Below are positions 1 to 11,419 of a DNA stretch of 64,000 nt, piece by piece; the first letter of the stretch is position 1, and each line of letters begins with the position of its first letter. The notes below the pieces were generated by a model. It made no database searches, had not been told where the DNA came from, and saw nothing but the letters and a program-made list of their open reading frames with translations. The DNA is from Chthoniobacterales bacterium. GTDB lineage: Bacteria > Verrucomicrobiota > Verrucomicrobiia > Chthoniobacterales > UBA10450. The stretch covers positions 183,594-247,593 of the forward strand of contig JBBRYI010000003.1 in NCBI GenBank assembly GCA_038237805.1. Reading direction: 5' to 3'. Both the position numbers and the translations under genes were made by a program.

Positions 1-508
1 TGAACATCTCTACGTCGATCATCCCCTTATCAATATGACCAGACTCGATCTGGCGAAGGAGACTCTTGATTCCGTCGATGATTTCCAGCCGACCGCCATA
101 ACTCAACGCAAGCACGAGCGTCAACCCGTTGTTCTTGGAAGTGCGCTCGATCGTATCGTGCAACTGCCGCTGGCACGCGTCCGGAAGATCAGTTAAACGT
201 CCGATCGCTTGCAGCCGAACATTCTTTTCGACAAGCTCCGGCGTTTTCTCCTTTAAGAAACGTTCGAGCAATCGCATCAAGGCGAAGACTTCGCTCTTCG
301 GTCGCTGCCAATTCTCAGCCGAAAATGCATACAGCGTGAGGTACTCGATCTTCAGTTCGCCGCATCCTTCGACGCATTCGCGCACGGCTTGTGCGCCTTG
401 TTCATGACCTTTTATGCGCGGCAGTCCACGCGTCTTCGCCCAGCGTCCGTTGCCATCCATGATGATGGCGACGTGACGCGGGATGAGTTTCGTTGGCGCT
501 GCGGCCAT
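1..508 (-). CDS. uppS: Undecaprenyl/isoprenyl diphosphate synthase (cis-prenyltransferase); C-terminal part cut by window edge
   Basis: Not in the ORF track because it runs off the window. My own minus-strand translation from the ATG at 506-508 gives MAAAPTKLIPRHVAIIMDGNGRWAKTRGLPRIKGHEQG...YLTLYAFSAENWQRP. The DGNGRWA and FSxENWxRP signatures are typical of UppS. Confidence 0.85.
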   Translation of the reverse strand, partial: MAAAPTKLIPRHVAIIMDGNGRWAKTRGLPRIKGHEQGAQAVRECVEGCGELKIEYLTLYAFSAENWQRPKSEVFALMRLLERFLKEKTPELVEKNVRLQAIGRLTDLPDACQRQLHDTIERTSKNNGLTLVLALSYGGRLEIIDGIKSLLRQIESGHIDKGMIDVEMF

Positions 509-513
509 GAGGT

Positions 514-1878
<1,365 letters not shown>

Positions 1879-1976
1879 TCAAACGCAAACTACGGCGCAT
1901 GAAATTGCGGGCGATTTTTGCGTACTGCGGAAGAAAAATATTGCAATCCGATCAGCGGGCGACATAGCTTCCCGCC

Positions 1977-2120
1977 ATGCGCACCATCCTGCTTATCATT
2001 CTGGTTCTTCTGTTGCTCGGGTCATTGCCGGCCTGGCCCTACAGCACAGGCTGGGGTTACTATCCCGGCGGCGGCCTGCTCGTTTTGATTATTTTGATTC
2101 TGTTACTCTGGCGAGCGTAA
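1977..2120 (+). CDS. Small hydrophobic protein, DUF3309-like (47 aa)
   Basis: Below the ORF-track cutoff. My own translation is MRTILLIILVLLLLGSLPAWPYSTGWGYYPGGGLLVLIILILLLWRA*. The two hydrophobic segments around a WxYSxxWGY core match what I recall of DUF3309. Confidence 0.45.
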   Translation: MRTILLIILVLLLLGSLPAWPYSTGWGYYPGGGLLVLIILILLLWRA

Positions 2121-2139
2121 GGCGGCGCGACGCGAAAAC

Positions 2140-2168
2140 GTAGAGGCGCTTGTGCCAGGCGCCGCTAC
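2140..2168. repeat. REP-like element (GTAG + imperfect palindrome) between convergent genes
   Basis: The sequence gtagaggcgc-ttgtgccag-gcgccgctac forms a 10-bp stem with one mismatch. It belongs to the same family as the elements at 5739, 42728, 59792, 59846 and 62947. It lies between the stop codons of the DUF3309-like gene and the M23 peptidase gene, so it could act as a bidirectional terminator. Confidence 0.55.
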
Positions 2169-2174
2169 AAAACT

Positions 2175-2879
2175 TCAGCGCTTGGCTGTCAGGGCTTGCT
2201 TCAAAGCAGCGGCAGATTGTGACGTGCCTTGCGCACGCCGACGGAAATTTCGCGCGCCTTCGACATTGTATTTCGCGTCGTGCGCGAAAGTATTCATCGC
2301 GATCGGGTATGATCTTTTCGCTGTCTGCAAACGGCGATGTGAGAGAAGGAATCTGCTGGGATCGTAATAATTGCTCAGGTCACGACGAAACGCCGCGCGA
2401 CTCATTCCAATTTCGAGATTTTTACGAATCTCGAGATGAAGATGCGCGTCGTAGACGCCGTGCGCAGTCCCAATCGTTGCCAATTGTTGACCACGCACGA
2501 CGCTTTCGCCGACTCGCACAAGAATTGAATTCAGATGACCGTAAAGCGCGTCGATGTTCTTGACGCTGCCGACTTCACGAAAAGCGTATCGGACGATTAC
2601 GACATTCCCCCATCCTAGGTGCACATCGCGGGCAAATACCACCACGCCATCGCCAATGCTATAAACCGGATCGCGGAGATCGGTGTTGCCTCCGCCAAGT
2701 CCGTCCCAATCTTCGCCAAGATGTCCATTGGCGCGAAAACCGCGCGCTTTGTAATAGCCCCTGCCGTCTGGTTTGCCGACAGGAAAATCAAAGCCGTCGG
2801 CTAAGCGCGTAAATGCTGTCTGCGCCTGTGCGGTCACGGCAACGCCGAGAAGCGCGCTCAGAAGAAACTTTTTTACCAT
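2175..2879 (-). CDS. Secreted M23-family metallopeptidase
   Basis: Signal peptide MVKKFLLSALLGVAVTAQA. Contains the HxxxD motif (HLGEDWD) and the HxH motif (AHLHLEIR) of LytM/M23 peptidases. Confidence 0.8.
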   Translation of the reverse strand: MVKKFLLSALLGVAVTAQAQTAFTRLADGFDFPVGKPDGRGYYKARGFRANGHLGEDWDGLGGGNTDLRDPVYSIGDGVVVFARDVHLGWGNVVIVRYAFREVGSVKNIDALYGHLNSILVRVGESVVRGQQLATIGTAHGVYDAHLHLEIRKNLEIGMSRAAFRRDLSNYYDPSRFLLSHRRLQTAKRSYPIAMNTFAHDAKYNVEGARNFRRRAQGTSQSAAALKQALTAKR

Positions 2880-2955
2880 GGCCGGCGCCGGTTGTATCTA
2901 ACCGGGCCGGAATAATCAAGCAATAACTACGGAATTTATGGTAAATGCTCGTTTC

Positions 2956-3357
2956 TCACCCTGTCTTTACTCGCACCACAGGCAACGGAAATCGCAGCCG
3001 CATTTCTTCCCCAAGATAAATCTCTACATGGTGCAACCCGAATTGCTGAAACTGCACGCCCCCGAAGTAATGGACATTCGTGGCATGGCCTTCCATTTCT
3101 TTCAGTTCAAATTCCACCTCGGCTTGAGCGACCACTTGCTGTTCGTCCACTCCAATGATCCGCGACTTCTGCCGAAACTTTCCCATCCCGCCGCACCATC
3201 GCGACCATATGCAAAGACGCATGTAGTTGATCGGTAGCGTCGGCGTCGGAATTACGTTAAGCACACCGACCAGCGTCTGCATGCCGTTGAACTCGCAGCG
3301 CACATCTTCGCAAAGCACGCAGCTTTGCAGGTCGGGCAGAATCGATTCTGATTCCAT
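2956..3357 (-). CDS. Hypothetical protein (133 aa)
   Basis: ORF 2956..3528 trimmed to the Met of MESESILPDLQSC (3355-3357), because the upstream part overlaps uppP. I recognise no motif. Confidence 0.45.
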   Translation of the reverse strand: MESESILPDLQSCVLCEDVRCEFNGMQTLVGVLNVIPTPTLPINYMRLCIWSRWCGGMGKFRQKSRIIGVDEQQVVAQAEVEFELKEMEGHATNVHYFGGVQFQQFGLHHVEIYLGEEMRLRFPLPVVRVKTG

Positions 3358-3362
3358 CTTGG

Positions 3363-4232
3363 TTAAAAGAAACCGCGCGCCGCTAAGACGAGCAAAACAA
3401 TACCGAGCGCGATTCGATAAATGGCAAATGGAGTGAAGCCTCGGGTGCGCACCCAGCGCATGAACCAGGCGACCACCACGAGCGCGACGACGAACGAAAC
3501 CGCGAAGCCGATGGCTAATACGATCCATTCGTGGTTGTTCATCGCCAGAGGTGCAATGGCAGCGTCCCCCGGAGAGCGTTGATGCGGCGCGACGGTTTTC
3601 AAAAAATCGTAACTCGTCGCCGCCAGCATCGTCGGGATGGACAGGAAAAAAGAAAATTCAAGAGCGGCTGAGCGTGATAATCCTGCTAATTGGCCCGCGG
3701 CGATTGTGCACATCGAACGTGAGGTCCCAGGGAAAATTGCGGAAAGGATCTGCGCCGCGCCGATAAAGGCGGCCTGCGGAAGCGCCATCCTTTCCATCTC
3801 CTGAACGCGCGGCCGATTACAAAACGTATCGACGATCCACATGATTGCACCGCCGATTAGCAGCGCCCAGGCAATCAATGAAATATTTTCCAGGTTATGG
3901 CCGATCTGTTTTTTCAGCGCCCATGCTGGAATCGCGGTGATGACAAAAGCAATTAGAATCAAACTCACCGGATGTGTCAGCACCGAGCGATCGCCGCGCT
4001 CGCCATTCGGAAAGGTGCGGAGAAATTTGGCGATCCGATGACGGAAAAAAATCGGTAGCGCGAGAATCGCTCCGAGCTGAATCACAATCGTGTACATTTT
4101 CCAAAAGCTGCTGTGCAGATCGAGGCTAAACAATGCCTCAACAATTCGCAGGTGAGCCGTTGAGCTTACCGGTAGGAACTCAGTCAACCCTTCCACCACA
4201 CCGAGCAATACAGAGAGAAAATAATCGTTCAC
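3363..4232 (-). CDS. uppP: Undecaprenyl-diphosphate phosphatase (BacA/UppP)
   Basis: Contains VVEGLTEFLPVSSTAHL and GTSRS motifs and is a multi-pass membrane protein of 289 aa. Confidence 0.9.
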   Translation of the reverse strand: MNDYFLSVLLGVVEGLTEFLPVSSTAHLRIVEALFSLDLHSSFWKMYTIVIQLGAILALPIFFRHRIAKFLRTFPNGERGDRSVLTHPVSLILIAFVITAIPAWALKKQIGHNLENISLIAWALLIGGAIMWIVDTFCNRPRVQEMERMALPQAAFIGAAQILSAIFPGTSRSMCTIAAGQLAGLSRSAALEFSFFLSIPTMLAATSYDFLKTVAPHQRSPGDAAIAPLAMNNHEWIVLAIGFAVSFVVALVVVAWFMRWVRTRGFTPFAIYRIALGIVLLVLAARGFF

Positions 4233-4292
4233 TATTTACAGCAGCCGTTTGGTTGTTTTTTCCGATTTCCGCGATCCGGTTTCCGATTTTGC

Positions 4293-4655
<363 letters not shown>

Positions 4656-4675
4656 TCAAAGCGCAAGCCAAGTGC

Positions 4676-5686
4676 TCAATGGGTCGTATCGTCGATCAGC
4701 GCCAACTCTGCTTCTACCATTTCGCGGACAAGCTGCTGAAAGTTTTTGGACGGTTTCCAGCCGAGTGTCTGCGCGATTTTTTTCGAATTACCTACGAGCA
4801 TCGTAGGGTCCGCAATTCGATCGAAAGCGGCATCGTGCTTCACAAATTCTTCCCACGACAAATTTACTGTCGCGAAAGCAGCTTCCACAAAATCGCGGAC
4901 GGAATGACTCTCGCCCGTCGCTACAACATAGTCGTCCGGTTTATTGTGCTGCAGCATTAGCCACATCGCGCGGACGTAGTCCTGTGCGTGTCCCCAATCG
5001 CGCCGGTTACCCAAATTCCCGAGCGCTACTTCGCGATCGAGCCCCCGTGCAATGCGCGCCGCCGCGCGCGAGATCTTGCGTGTGACAAAATTTTCGCCGC
5101 GCCGCGGCGATTCGTGGTTATAGAGAATGCCGTTGCAAACAAACAGGCTGTAAGAACGGCGATAAACTTGTGCGAGTTGCGTCGCAAATGCTTTTGCGCA
5201 GCCGTATGGACTCACTGGGCGTAGCGCTGTTTCCTCAGTCTGCGGCGTTTCGGTGGCATCTCCGAAAACCTCTGAGCTGGCTGCGTGATAAAATCTAATC
5301 GGCTGCCGTTGATCGCGCGTTATCTCGAGCAAACGCAGTGTTGCCATAGCGACTTCTTCGCAAGTTGATTCCGGAATTTCAAAACTGAGTCCGACGTGGC
5401 TTTGACCGGCAAGATGATAAACTTCGTGCGGTCGCACTTCGGCAAAGATTCTTCTCAACGTGGTACCGTCGGAAAGATCGCCGTAGTGCAAAAATAATCG
5501 ACGCTCATAGATATTTTCGTCGCGTCGCAGATGCTCGATGCGCGAGCGCAAAAGATTACTCGTTCGCCTAACGACACCATGGACCTCGTAACCTTTTTCC
5601 AAAAGCAGCTCAGTCAGGTAGGAACCATCCTGACCGGTGATTCCCGTGATCAATGCAACTTTTGTCTCGTCGTTATCGGTTGTCAT
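4676..5686 (-). CDS. gmd: GDP-mannose 4,6-dehydratase
   Basis: Contains ALITGITGQDGSYLTELLLEKGYEVHGVVRRTS plus YGCAKAF (the YxxxK motif). Start set at MTTDNDE (5684-5686). Confidence 0.9.
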   Translation of the reverse strand: MTTDNDETKVALITGITGQDGSYLTELLLEKGYEVHGVVRRTSNLLRSRIEHLRRDENIYERRLFLHYGDLSDGTTLRRIFAEVRPHEVYHLAGQSHVGLSFEIPESTCEEVAMATLRLLEITRDQRQPIRFYHAASSEVFGDATETPQTEETALRPVSPYGCAKAFATQLAQVYRRSYSLFVCNGILYNHESPRRGENFVTRKISRAAARIARGLDREVALGNLGNRRDWGHAQDYVRAMWLMLQHNKPDDYVVATGESHSVRDFVEAAFATVNLSWEEFVKHDAAFDRIADPTMLVGNSKKIAQTLGWKPSKNFQQLVREMVEAELALIDDTTH

Positions 5687-5738
5687 CAATCGTTCCCAAC
5701 ATGCTACGAAGCTCGGCCTCTGCACAAGGTCGAATGAT

Positions 5739-5765
5739 GTAGCGGCGCTTATGCCAGGCGGCGGA
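5739..5765. repeat. Degenerate REP-like element
   Basis: The sequence gtagcggcgcttatgccaggcggcgg is close to the 2140 copy but has a decayed stem. It sits in the gmd/wzm divergent intergenic region. Confidence 0.4.
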
Positions 5766-5817
5766 AGATTATGCTTCCATTGTGTGGTGGCGGGATTGTT
5801 GCTACAATCGCATCTGC

Positions 5818-6648
5818 ATGTCCCACGAAGTCACTGAGCTCATCATCGAAGCCGGCCATACCGAGCGCAATTACTGGCGTGATCTATTCCGGTATCGCGA
5901 GCTTTTTTATTTTCTTGCCTGGCGCGACGTCCTCGTTCGCTACAAACAAACCGTCATCGGCGTTCTTTGGGCCGTCTTGCGTCCGCTGCTCACGATGGTT
6001 GTGTTTACGTTCGTCTTCAGCCGCATCGCGAAGTTACCTGCGGAAGGCGTGCCTTATCCGGTGATGGTTTTTGCCGCCATGCTTCCGTGGCAATTGTTCG
6101 CCACCTCACTCACGGAAGGCAGTGGCAGCCTTATCAATAATTCCAACCTCATCTCGAAAGTCTATTTTCCGCGTCTTATTGTTCCCGCAAGTTCCGTCAT
6201 CGTTTCCTTTGTCGATTTTGCCATCTCCATGGTGCTGCTCGGAATACTGATGGTCATCTATCGCGTTTGGCCCGGCTGGACGCTCCTGACGCTTCCAATC
6301 TTCACCGCTCTCGCGCTGCTCGCCTCCGCTGGCGCCGGTATCTGGCTCGCTGCGCTGAATGTGAAGTATCGCGATTTTCGCTACGTCGTGCCGTTCATCG
6401 TTCAGTTTGGTCTCTACATCTCACCCGTCGGTTTCAGCAGCTCCATTGTTCCTGCGAAATGGCGTCTGCTTTATTCGTTCAATCCGATGGTTGGCGTAAT
6501 TGATGGTTTCCGCTGGGGCATCTCCGGGGGTAACACCGCGTTTCCGACTCAAAGTCTCGAGATTTCGCTCATTACTACTGCCATCCTTCTCTTCACCGGC
6601 ATTTGGTATTTCCGTAAAACCGAGCGCACCTTCGCGGACGTCATCTGA
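5818..6648 (+). CDS. wzm: ABC-2 type polysaccharide/O-antigen export permease
   Basis: Contains RELFYFLAWRDVLVRYKQTVIGVLWAVLRPLL, typical of Wzm/KpsM/TagG, and about 6 TM segments. Start chosen at MSHEVTE (5818). Confidence 0.8.
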   Translation: MSHEVTELIIEAGHTERNYWRDLFRYRELFYFLAWRDVLVRYKQTVIGVLWAVLRPLLTMVVFTFVFSRIAKLPAEGVPYPVMVFAAMLPWQLFATSLTEGSGSLINNSNLISKVYFPRLIVPASSVIVSFVDFAISMVLLGILMVIYRVWPGWTLLTLPIFTALALLASAGAGIWLAALNVKYRDFRYVVPFIVQFGLYISPVGFSSSIVPAKWRLLYSFNPMVGVIDGFRWGISGGNTAFPTQSLEISLITTAILLFTGIWYFRKTERTFADVI

Positions 6649-6822
6649 TTAAAAGCTGAGATGTTAAACGGCTCAGCCGGCCGGTCACAGATTTCCGCTT
6701 TTCAGCTTTCAGCGTTTTCCGGGTCAGATTCCCAATCTTTTATCTTTTCAGTTTTCCGGGTTTTCCATATTGTCCCGATTCACAAGAAGCCATTCACCGG
6801 CCCTATGCCTTCATCATTCACC

Positions 6823-8820
6823 ATGAAAAATCCAACATTAACAATTCTGTTTGGTGCCGTTTGCATCTTCGCGAGTAAAGCAAACGCGGCATCAGTCATG
6901 ATTACTGGACAAACCGCGGGTCCGACGCCGTTCATTAGCGACCTTCAACTAAGCGCGAGTCCACCGGACTCGATCAAAAGTATAAAGTTTCAGATTGCTC
7001 CCAAGACGGGATCAGTCACACGCCCTCTGGCTGCAACCTACTCTAGCCAGTACCTGACGAAACGCGGTTACTACAATTCGCAGACGGGTGCAATTCTTTT
7101 GCCGGTGTTTGGTCTCTACGACAATTACGCCAACGCCGTTTTACTAACTTACGTGTTCACCGATAACTCGTCGCAGCAAGCGAGCGTCATGGTTACTACG
7201 CCCTTGTTTGCCGACCAATGCAGTTACAGCAATCCCACTGTTATACAAGCCAGGACGAATAGCACCACACTGAGCTACGATTACATTTTAACCAGGAACA
7301 GGTGTGGTAGCTTTTCGCCTGTTATTATTGATACTGATGGACGACTTCGCTGGGTCGGTACGGTAGGGTTCGCCGATTTGCCTGCAACGCTGTTCCAGAA
7401 CTCGATCTATATTGGCCACGGGCCAGTACTTTATCGCATGGAACTCGACGGCACATTTGCTGTCCTGCGAGATTACAGTAGCGGTGGGGTCATTAATTTT
7501 CACCACAACATCGATTTAGGTAAACGCGGGCTCATAGTAGATGTAGACACTCCCGCACAGGTTGAAGCTACGAACATGGAAATCGATGGTCTGGGCAATA
7601 TTCTAAAGACATGGAACCTGGCTAACATTATTACCGCTGCCATGACCGCTGGAGGCGATGACGCAACTCAGTTCGTCAAGCCCTCGCCCAATGACTGGTT
7701 TCACAACAACGCTACCACGTACAAAAAATCTGATGACTCATTGCTCGTTTCCAGCCGTGAAAATTTCGTTATCGCACTGGATTACACAAGCGGCGCCATT
7801 AAGTGGATTTTGGGTGACGCCACCAAGCAATGGTACCAGTTTCAGTCGTTAAGAAACTTTGCGCTTACACTTGATACCAATACGCTTCCTCCCATTGGCG
7901 AACATGCTTTATCAATCACGAAGGATGACAACCTGTTACTTTTTGATAACGGCAGGAATAGTATAAATAACACGCCCCCGGGGGACAATCGCACCTACAG
8001 CGCTCCTCGTAAGTATCAGATAAACACTCAATCAAAGGTGGCAACGGAACTCTGGAACTACCCGAATAACCAGGCTCTGTACAGCGATATTTGTTCCAGT
8101 ATCTATGAAGACAGTCCACTGAATTATTTAATCGATTACGCCCACATAGTTAACATCAGCCCACCCGCCCTGTTTGCGGAGATCCTCGGTCTGGATGCAT
8201 CAGGGAACAAGATTTTCGATTATCGATATCCCACCGCGAGTTGTAACACCGCATATAACTCTATCCCGGTTCATTTGGAACAAGTCATGTTTAAGACGAT
8301 CGTTCCGCCTACCGCAGTCTCTCGTAAATCTCATGGATCGGCCGGGACGTTCGAAGTCCCATTGCCGCTGAGTGGCACAGCGGGCGTTGAATGCCGTTCC
8401 GGTCATGCTGACGGCAGCTACCAGGTGGTAGTAACTTTCGCCATTCCAGTGACAATTACGTCTGCGACGGTGGTCCCAGGCAGTGGCGCCACGGGGACCG
8501 TTGTAGGTGCTCCTAGTGTTGCCGGGGCTGAAGTAACTGTGGACCTCACAAACGTCGGTAACGCCCAAACGCTAACGGTAAATTTAGTTGGAGTAAACGA
8601 TGGCTCGAATACGGAAAACTTTTCCGTACCGATGAGTGTGCTTGTTGGCGACACGACCGGTAATGGCTCCGTCAATTCAATTGACATAAACCAGGTAAAA
8701 TCGCAATCGGGGACCGCCGTGACAGCTGCGAACTTCCGGGAAGACGTAACCGCAAGCGGAGCGATTAATAGCTCGGATATAACTTTAACCAAATCGAAAA
8801 CTGGAAGTGGCGTTCCTTAG
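6823..8820 (+). CDS. Secreted aryl-sulfotransferase (ASST)-like beta-propeller protein with C-terminal dockerin-like repeats, paralog 1
   Basis: Signal peptide MKNPTLTILFGAVCIFASKANA. Contains FHHNID, DWFHNNATTYKKSDDSLLVSSRENFVIALDY..G.IKWILGD and GEHALSIT.DDNLLLFDNG, which resemble my recollection of the AssT family. The tail GDTTGNGSVNSIDINQVK / ASGAINSSDITLTK resembles dockerin type I repeats. Start trimmed from 6661 to 6823. Confidence 0.55.
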   Translation: MKNPTLTILFGAVCIFASKANAASVMITGQTAGPTPFISDLQLSASPPDSIKSIKFQIAPKTGSVTRPLAATYSSQYLTKRGYYNSQTGAILLPVFGLYDNYANAVLLTYVFTDNSSQQASVMVTTPLFADQCSYSNPTVIQARTNSTTLSYDYILTRNRCGSFSPVIIDTDGRLRWVGTVGFADLPATLFQNSIYIGHGPVLYRMELDGTFAVLRDYSSGGVINFHHNIDLGKRGLIVDVDTPAQVEATNMEIDGLGNILKTWNLANIITAAMTAGGDDATQFVKPSPNDWFHNNATTYKKSDDSLLVSSRENFVIALDYTSGAIKWILGDATKQWYQFQSLRNFALTLDTNTLPPIGEHALSITKDDNLLLFDNGRNSINNTPPGDNRTYSAPRKYQINTQSKVATELWNYPNNQALYSDICSSIYEDSPLNYLIDYAHIVNISPPALFAEILGLDASGNKIFDYRYPTASCNTAYNSIPVHLEQVMFKTIVPPTAVSRKSHGSAGTFEVPLPLSGTAGVECRSGHADGSYQVVVTFAIPVTITSATVVPGSGATGTVVGAPSVAGAEVTVDLTNVGNAQTLTVNLVGVNDGSNTENFSVPMSVLVGDTTGNGSVNSIDINQVKSQSGTAVTAANFREDVTASGAINSSDITLTKSKTGSGVP

Positions 8821-9035
8821 AAACAAGCGTCATTTTAAGAACCGCAGGGAAGCTGGACACGTAGCGGACAGGTTGAGATAGCCGGGATCTTCGAGCTTTG
8901 TCACGATGATGAAAACGGGGTAAGGCGAATCGAAACCTCAGAGATTTCATTTTCGCTTTTCAGCTTTCCACGTTTCCGCTTTTCATAAAATTTGATTTTC
9001 TCATTGGCGCCGATTTCGAATGCGGAGGTTTTACC

Positions 9036-9172
9036 GGAGCTGATATCGCTGGCGGCAAATCGCTCTTTCCGCTCAAAGTCTCGAGATCTCGCTCACTGCC
9101 AACGCGATCGTTCTCGTTACCGGCATTTGGTATTTTCGCAAAGCCGAGCGCACGTTCGCGGACGTGATCTGA
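9036..9172 (+). pseudogene. Relic of a wzm-like 3-prime end (about 45 codons, with indels and an in-frame TGA)
   Basis: Reading back from the stop at 9170-9172 gives ...QSLEISLTANAIVLVTGIWYFRKAERTFADVI*. The real Wzm C-terminus is QSLEISLITTAILLFTGIWYFRKTERTFADVI*. Upstream of QSLE the frame is broken and there is a TGA at 9041-9043. Confidence 0.7.
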
Positions 9173-9376
9173 TTAAAAGCCGAAATACTAAATGCGCAGC
9201 CGCGGCTGACAGGTCTTCGATTTTCAGAGTTTCCGGGTTTCAGATTTCTTATCTTTCCGGCCCTTCAGTTTTTCGTTTTTTAGACTTTCCAAACATAGCC
9301 ATCAGGGCCATAATCCGGCAGCTTACGCGACTCCCGGCGGCGAGCGAAGTCACATCAACTCCTACCACTTATTCCA

Positions 9377-11419
9377 ATGAAAAATGTAATAGCAGCGATT
9401 CTTTTTACCGCGACCTGTTTCCTGGCGGGGACAGTCAACGCCGGATCGGTTATGATTACTGGACAAACCGCGGGTCCGACGCCGTTCATTAGCGACCTTC
9501 AACTAAGCGCCAGTCCACCGAACTCGATCAAAAGTATAAAGTTTCAGATTGCTCCAAAGACGGGATCAGTCACACGACCTCTGGCTGCTACTTACACGAG
9601 CGAATATTTGAAGAGGCGGGGCTACTACAATTCGCAGACGGGTGCAATTCTTTTGCCGGTGTTTGGTCTCTACGACAATTACGCTAACGCCGTTTTACTA
9701 ACTTACGTGTTCACCGATAACTCGTCACAACAGGCCGGCGTTGTAGTTAGCACGTCTGCGTTTAACGATACATGCAGTTACAGCCATCCAACCGTGATAC
9801 AAGCCAGGACCAATAGCACCGCGCTGAGCTATGATTACATTCTGTTGAAGAATAAGTGCGGCAGCTTTTCGCCGATTATTATTGATAGCGACGGGTGGGT
9901 TCGTTGGGTTGGGGCGGCCGGGGTCACTGATTTTCCAGCCAGGCTGTACCAGAACTCGATCTATCTCGGCCACGGTCCACTGCTTTATCGCCTAGAGCTC
10001 GATGGGACCTACGCCATGTTGCGAGACTATAGCAGCGATGGAGTGGCTGATTTTCATCACAACATCGATTTGGGCAAACGCGGCCTCATCGTAGAAGTAG
10101 ACACTCCGGCGTACACTGAGTCTGTAAACATGGAAATAGATGGTTTGGGCAATATTCTAAAGACATGGAACCTGGCTGCCATCATTACTGCTGCAATGAC
10201 CGGCGCAGGCGATGATGCAAGCCAGTTCGTCAAGCCCGCTCCCAACGACTGGTTTCATAATAACGCGGTCACGTATAAAAAATCCGATGACTCACTGCTT
10301 GTATCCAGCCGTGAGAATTTCGTGATTGCTCTTGATTATGCGACCGGTGCTATCAAGTGGATTTTGGGTGACAATACCAAGCAATGGTACCAGTTCCAAT
10401 CGTTAAGGAACTTTGCGCTTACGCTCGATACTAATACGCTTCCGCCGATCGGCGAGCATGCTTTGTCGATCACGACAGATGACAACTTGTTACTGTTTGA
10501 TAACGGGAGAAGCAGTCTGAATCACACCCCGCCGGGGGCGGACCGCACCTATAGCGCTCCTCGCAAATATCAGATCAACACGCAATCGAAGGTGGCGACG
10601 GAGTTATGGAACTTCCCGAACGGTCAGGCTTTCTACAGCCCGTTCTGTTCAAGCATATATGAGGATGCCCCCTTAAATTACTTAGTCCTCTACTCTATTC
10701 TTACTAACCCAGCGCCACCGCCGCCGCAGTTTGCGGAGGTTCTGGGCTTAGAGGCATCTGGCGCTAAAGTGTTTGATTATCGCTACCCTAATATGGGTTG
10801 TGACGCCGCTTGGAATGGTCTGCCGATTCACCTCGAGCAGGTTATGTTTACCACGATCGTTCAACCTACCGCGGTCTCTCGCAAGGATCATGGATTGTCC
10901 GGAATATTCGACATTCCAATGCCCTTGACTGGCAACTCAGGCGTTGAATGTCGTTCCGGCGGTGCTGACGGCAGCTATCAGCTCGTAGTTACTTTCGCCA
11001 GTCCGGTGACTATTACGACCGCCACTGCAACGTCCGACAGCGGTGGAACAGCGTCCGTTGTAGGCACGCCTGTCGTAGCCGGTAATCAAGTGATTGTGAA
11101 CCTCACAAACGTCAGTAACGCGCAAACGCTGACGGTAAATTTAATTGGAGTAAACGATGGCTCGAACACGGAAAACTTTTCCGTGCCGATGAGTGTGCTT
11201 GTCGGTGACACGACCGGTAATGGCTCCGTCAATTCAAGTGACATAATCCAGGTAAAATCGCAATCGGGCGCCGCAGTGACAGCTGCCAACTTCCGGGAGG
11301 ACGTAACCGCAAACGGAGCGATTAATAGCTCGGATATAACTTTAACCAAATCTAAAACTGGAAGTGGCGTTCCTGCGAAACAAGCATCACTTAGGAATCG
11401 TAACCAAGCTAACAGGTGA
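9377..11419 (+). CDS. Secreted ASST-like beta-propeller protein with dockerin-like repeats, paralog 2
   Basis: Signal peptide MKNVIAAILFTATCFLAGTVNA. By eye it is about four-fifths identical to paralog 1 along its full length and carries the same motifs. It has a 13-aa longer C-terminus. Confidence 0.55.
   Translation: MKNVIAAILFTATCFLAGTVNAGSVMITGQTAGPTPFISDLQLSASPPNSIKSIKFQIAPKTGSVTRPLAATYTSEYLKRRGYYNSQTGAILLPVFGLYDNYANAVLLTYVFTDNSSQQAGVVVSTSAFNDTCSYSHPTVIQARTNSTALSYDYILLKNKCGSFSPIIIDSDGWVRWVGAAGVTDFPARLYQNSIYLGHGPLLYRLELDGTYAMLRDYSSDGVADFHHNIDLGKRGLIVEVDTPAYTESVNMEIDGLGNILKTWNLAAIITAAMTGAGDDASQFVKPAPNDWFHNNAVTYKKSDDSLLVSSRENFVIALDYATGAIKWILGDNTKQWYQFQSLRNFALTLDTNTLPPIGEHALSITTDDNLLLFDNGRSSLNHTPPGADRTYSAPRKYQINTQSKVATELWNFPNGQAFYSPFCSSIYEDAPLNYLVLYSILTNPAPPPPQFAEVLGLEASGAKVFDYRYPNMGCDAAWNGLPIHLEQVMFTTIVQPTAVSRKDHGLSGIFDIPMPLTGNSGVECRSGGADGSYQLVVTFASPVTITTATATSDSGGTASVVGTPVVAGNQVIVNLTNVSNAQTLTVNLIGVNDGSNTENFSVPMSVLVGDTTGNGSVNSSDIIQVKSQSGAAVTAANFREDVTANGAINSSDITLTKSKTGSGVPAKQASLRNRNQANR

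Noticed and set aside
6661-6822. Long N-terminal extensions offered by the ORF track, for example 6661 for ASST-like paralog 1, 54662 for the SnoaL-like gene, 31738-32058 for EpsI and 42694-42783 for kynB.
   Set aside because: The extensions run through repeat or intergenic DNA or overlap the neighbouring gene. Internal Met codons give canonical N-termini (signal peptides or family-typical starts).
8200-8792. Antisense ORFs inside the C-terminal part of ASST-like paralog 1. They appear 'conserved' in paralog 2 (11086-11451).
   Set aside because: The apparent conservation is explained by the near-identical nucleotide sequence of the duplicated dockerin-like region. There is no independent coding signal.
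8992-9492. 166-aa ORF spanning the wzm relic and the start of paralog 2.
   Set aside because: It is in a different frame from the Wzm-like relic, runs through T-rich repeat DNA, and overlaps the well-supported signal-peptide start at 9377.
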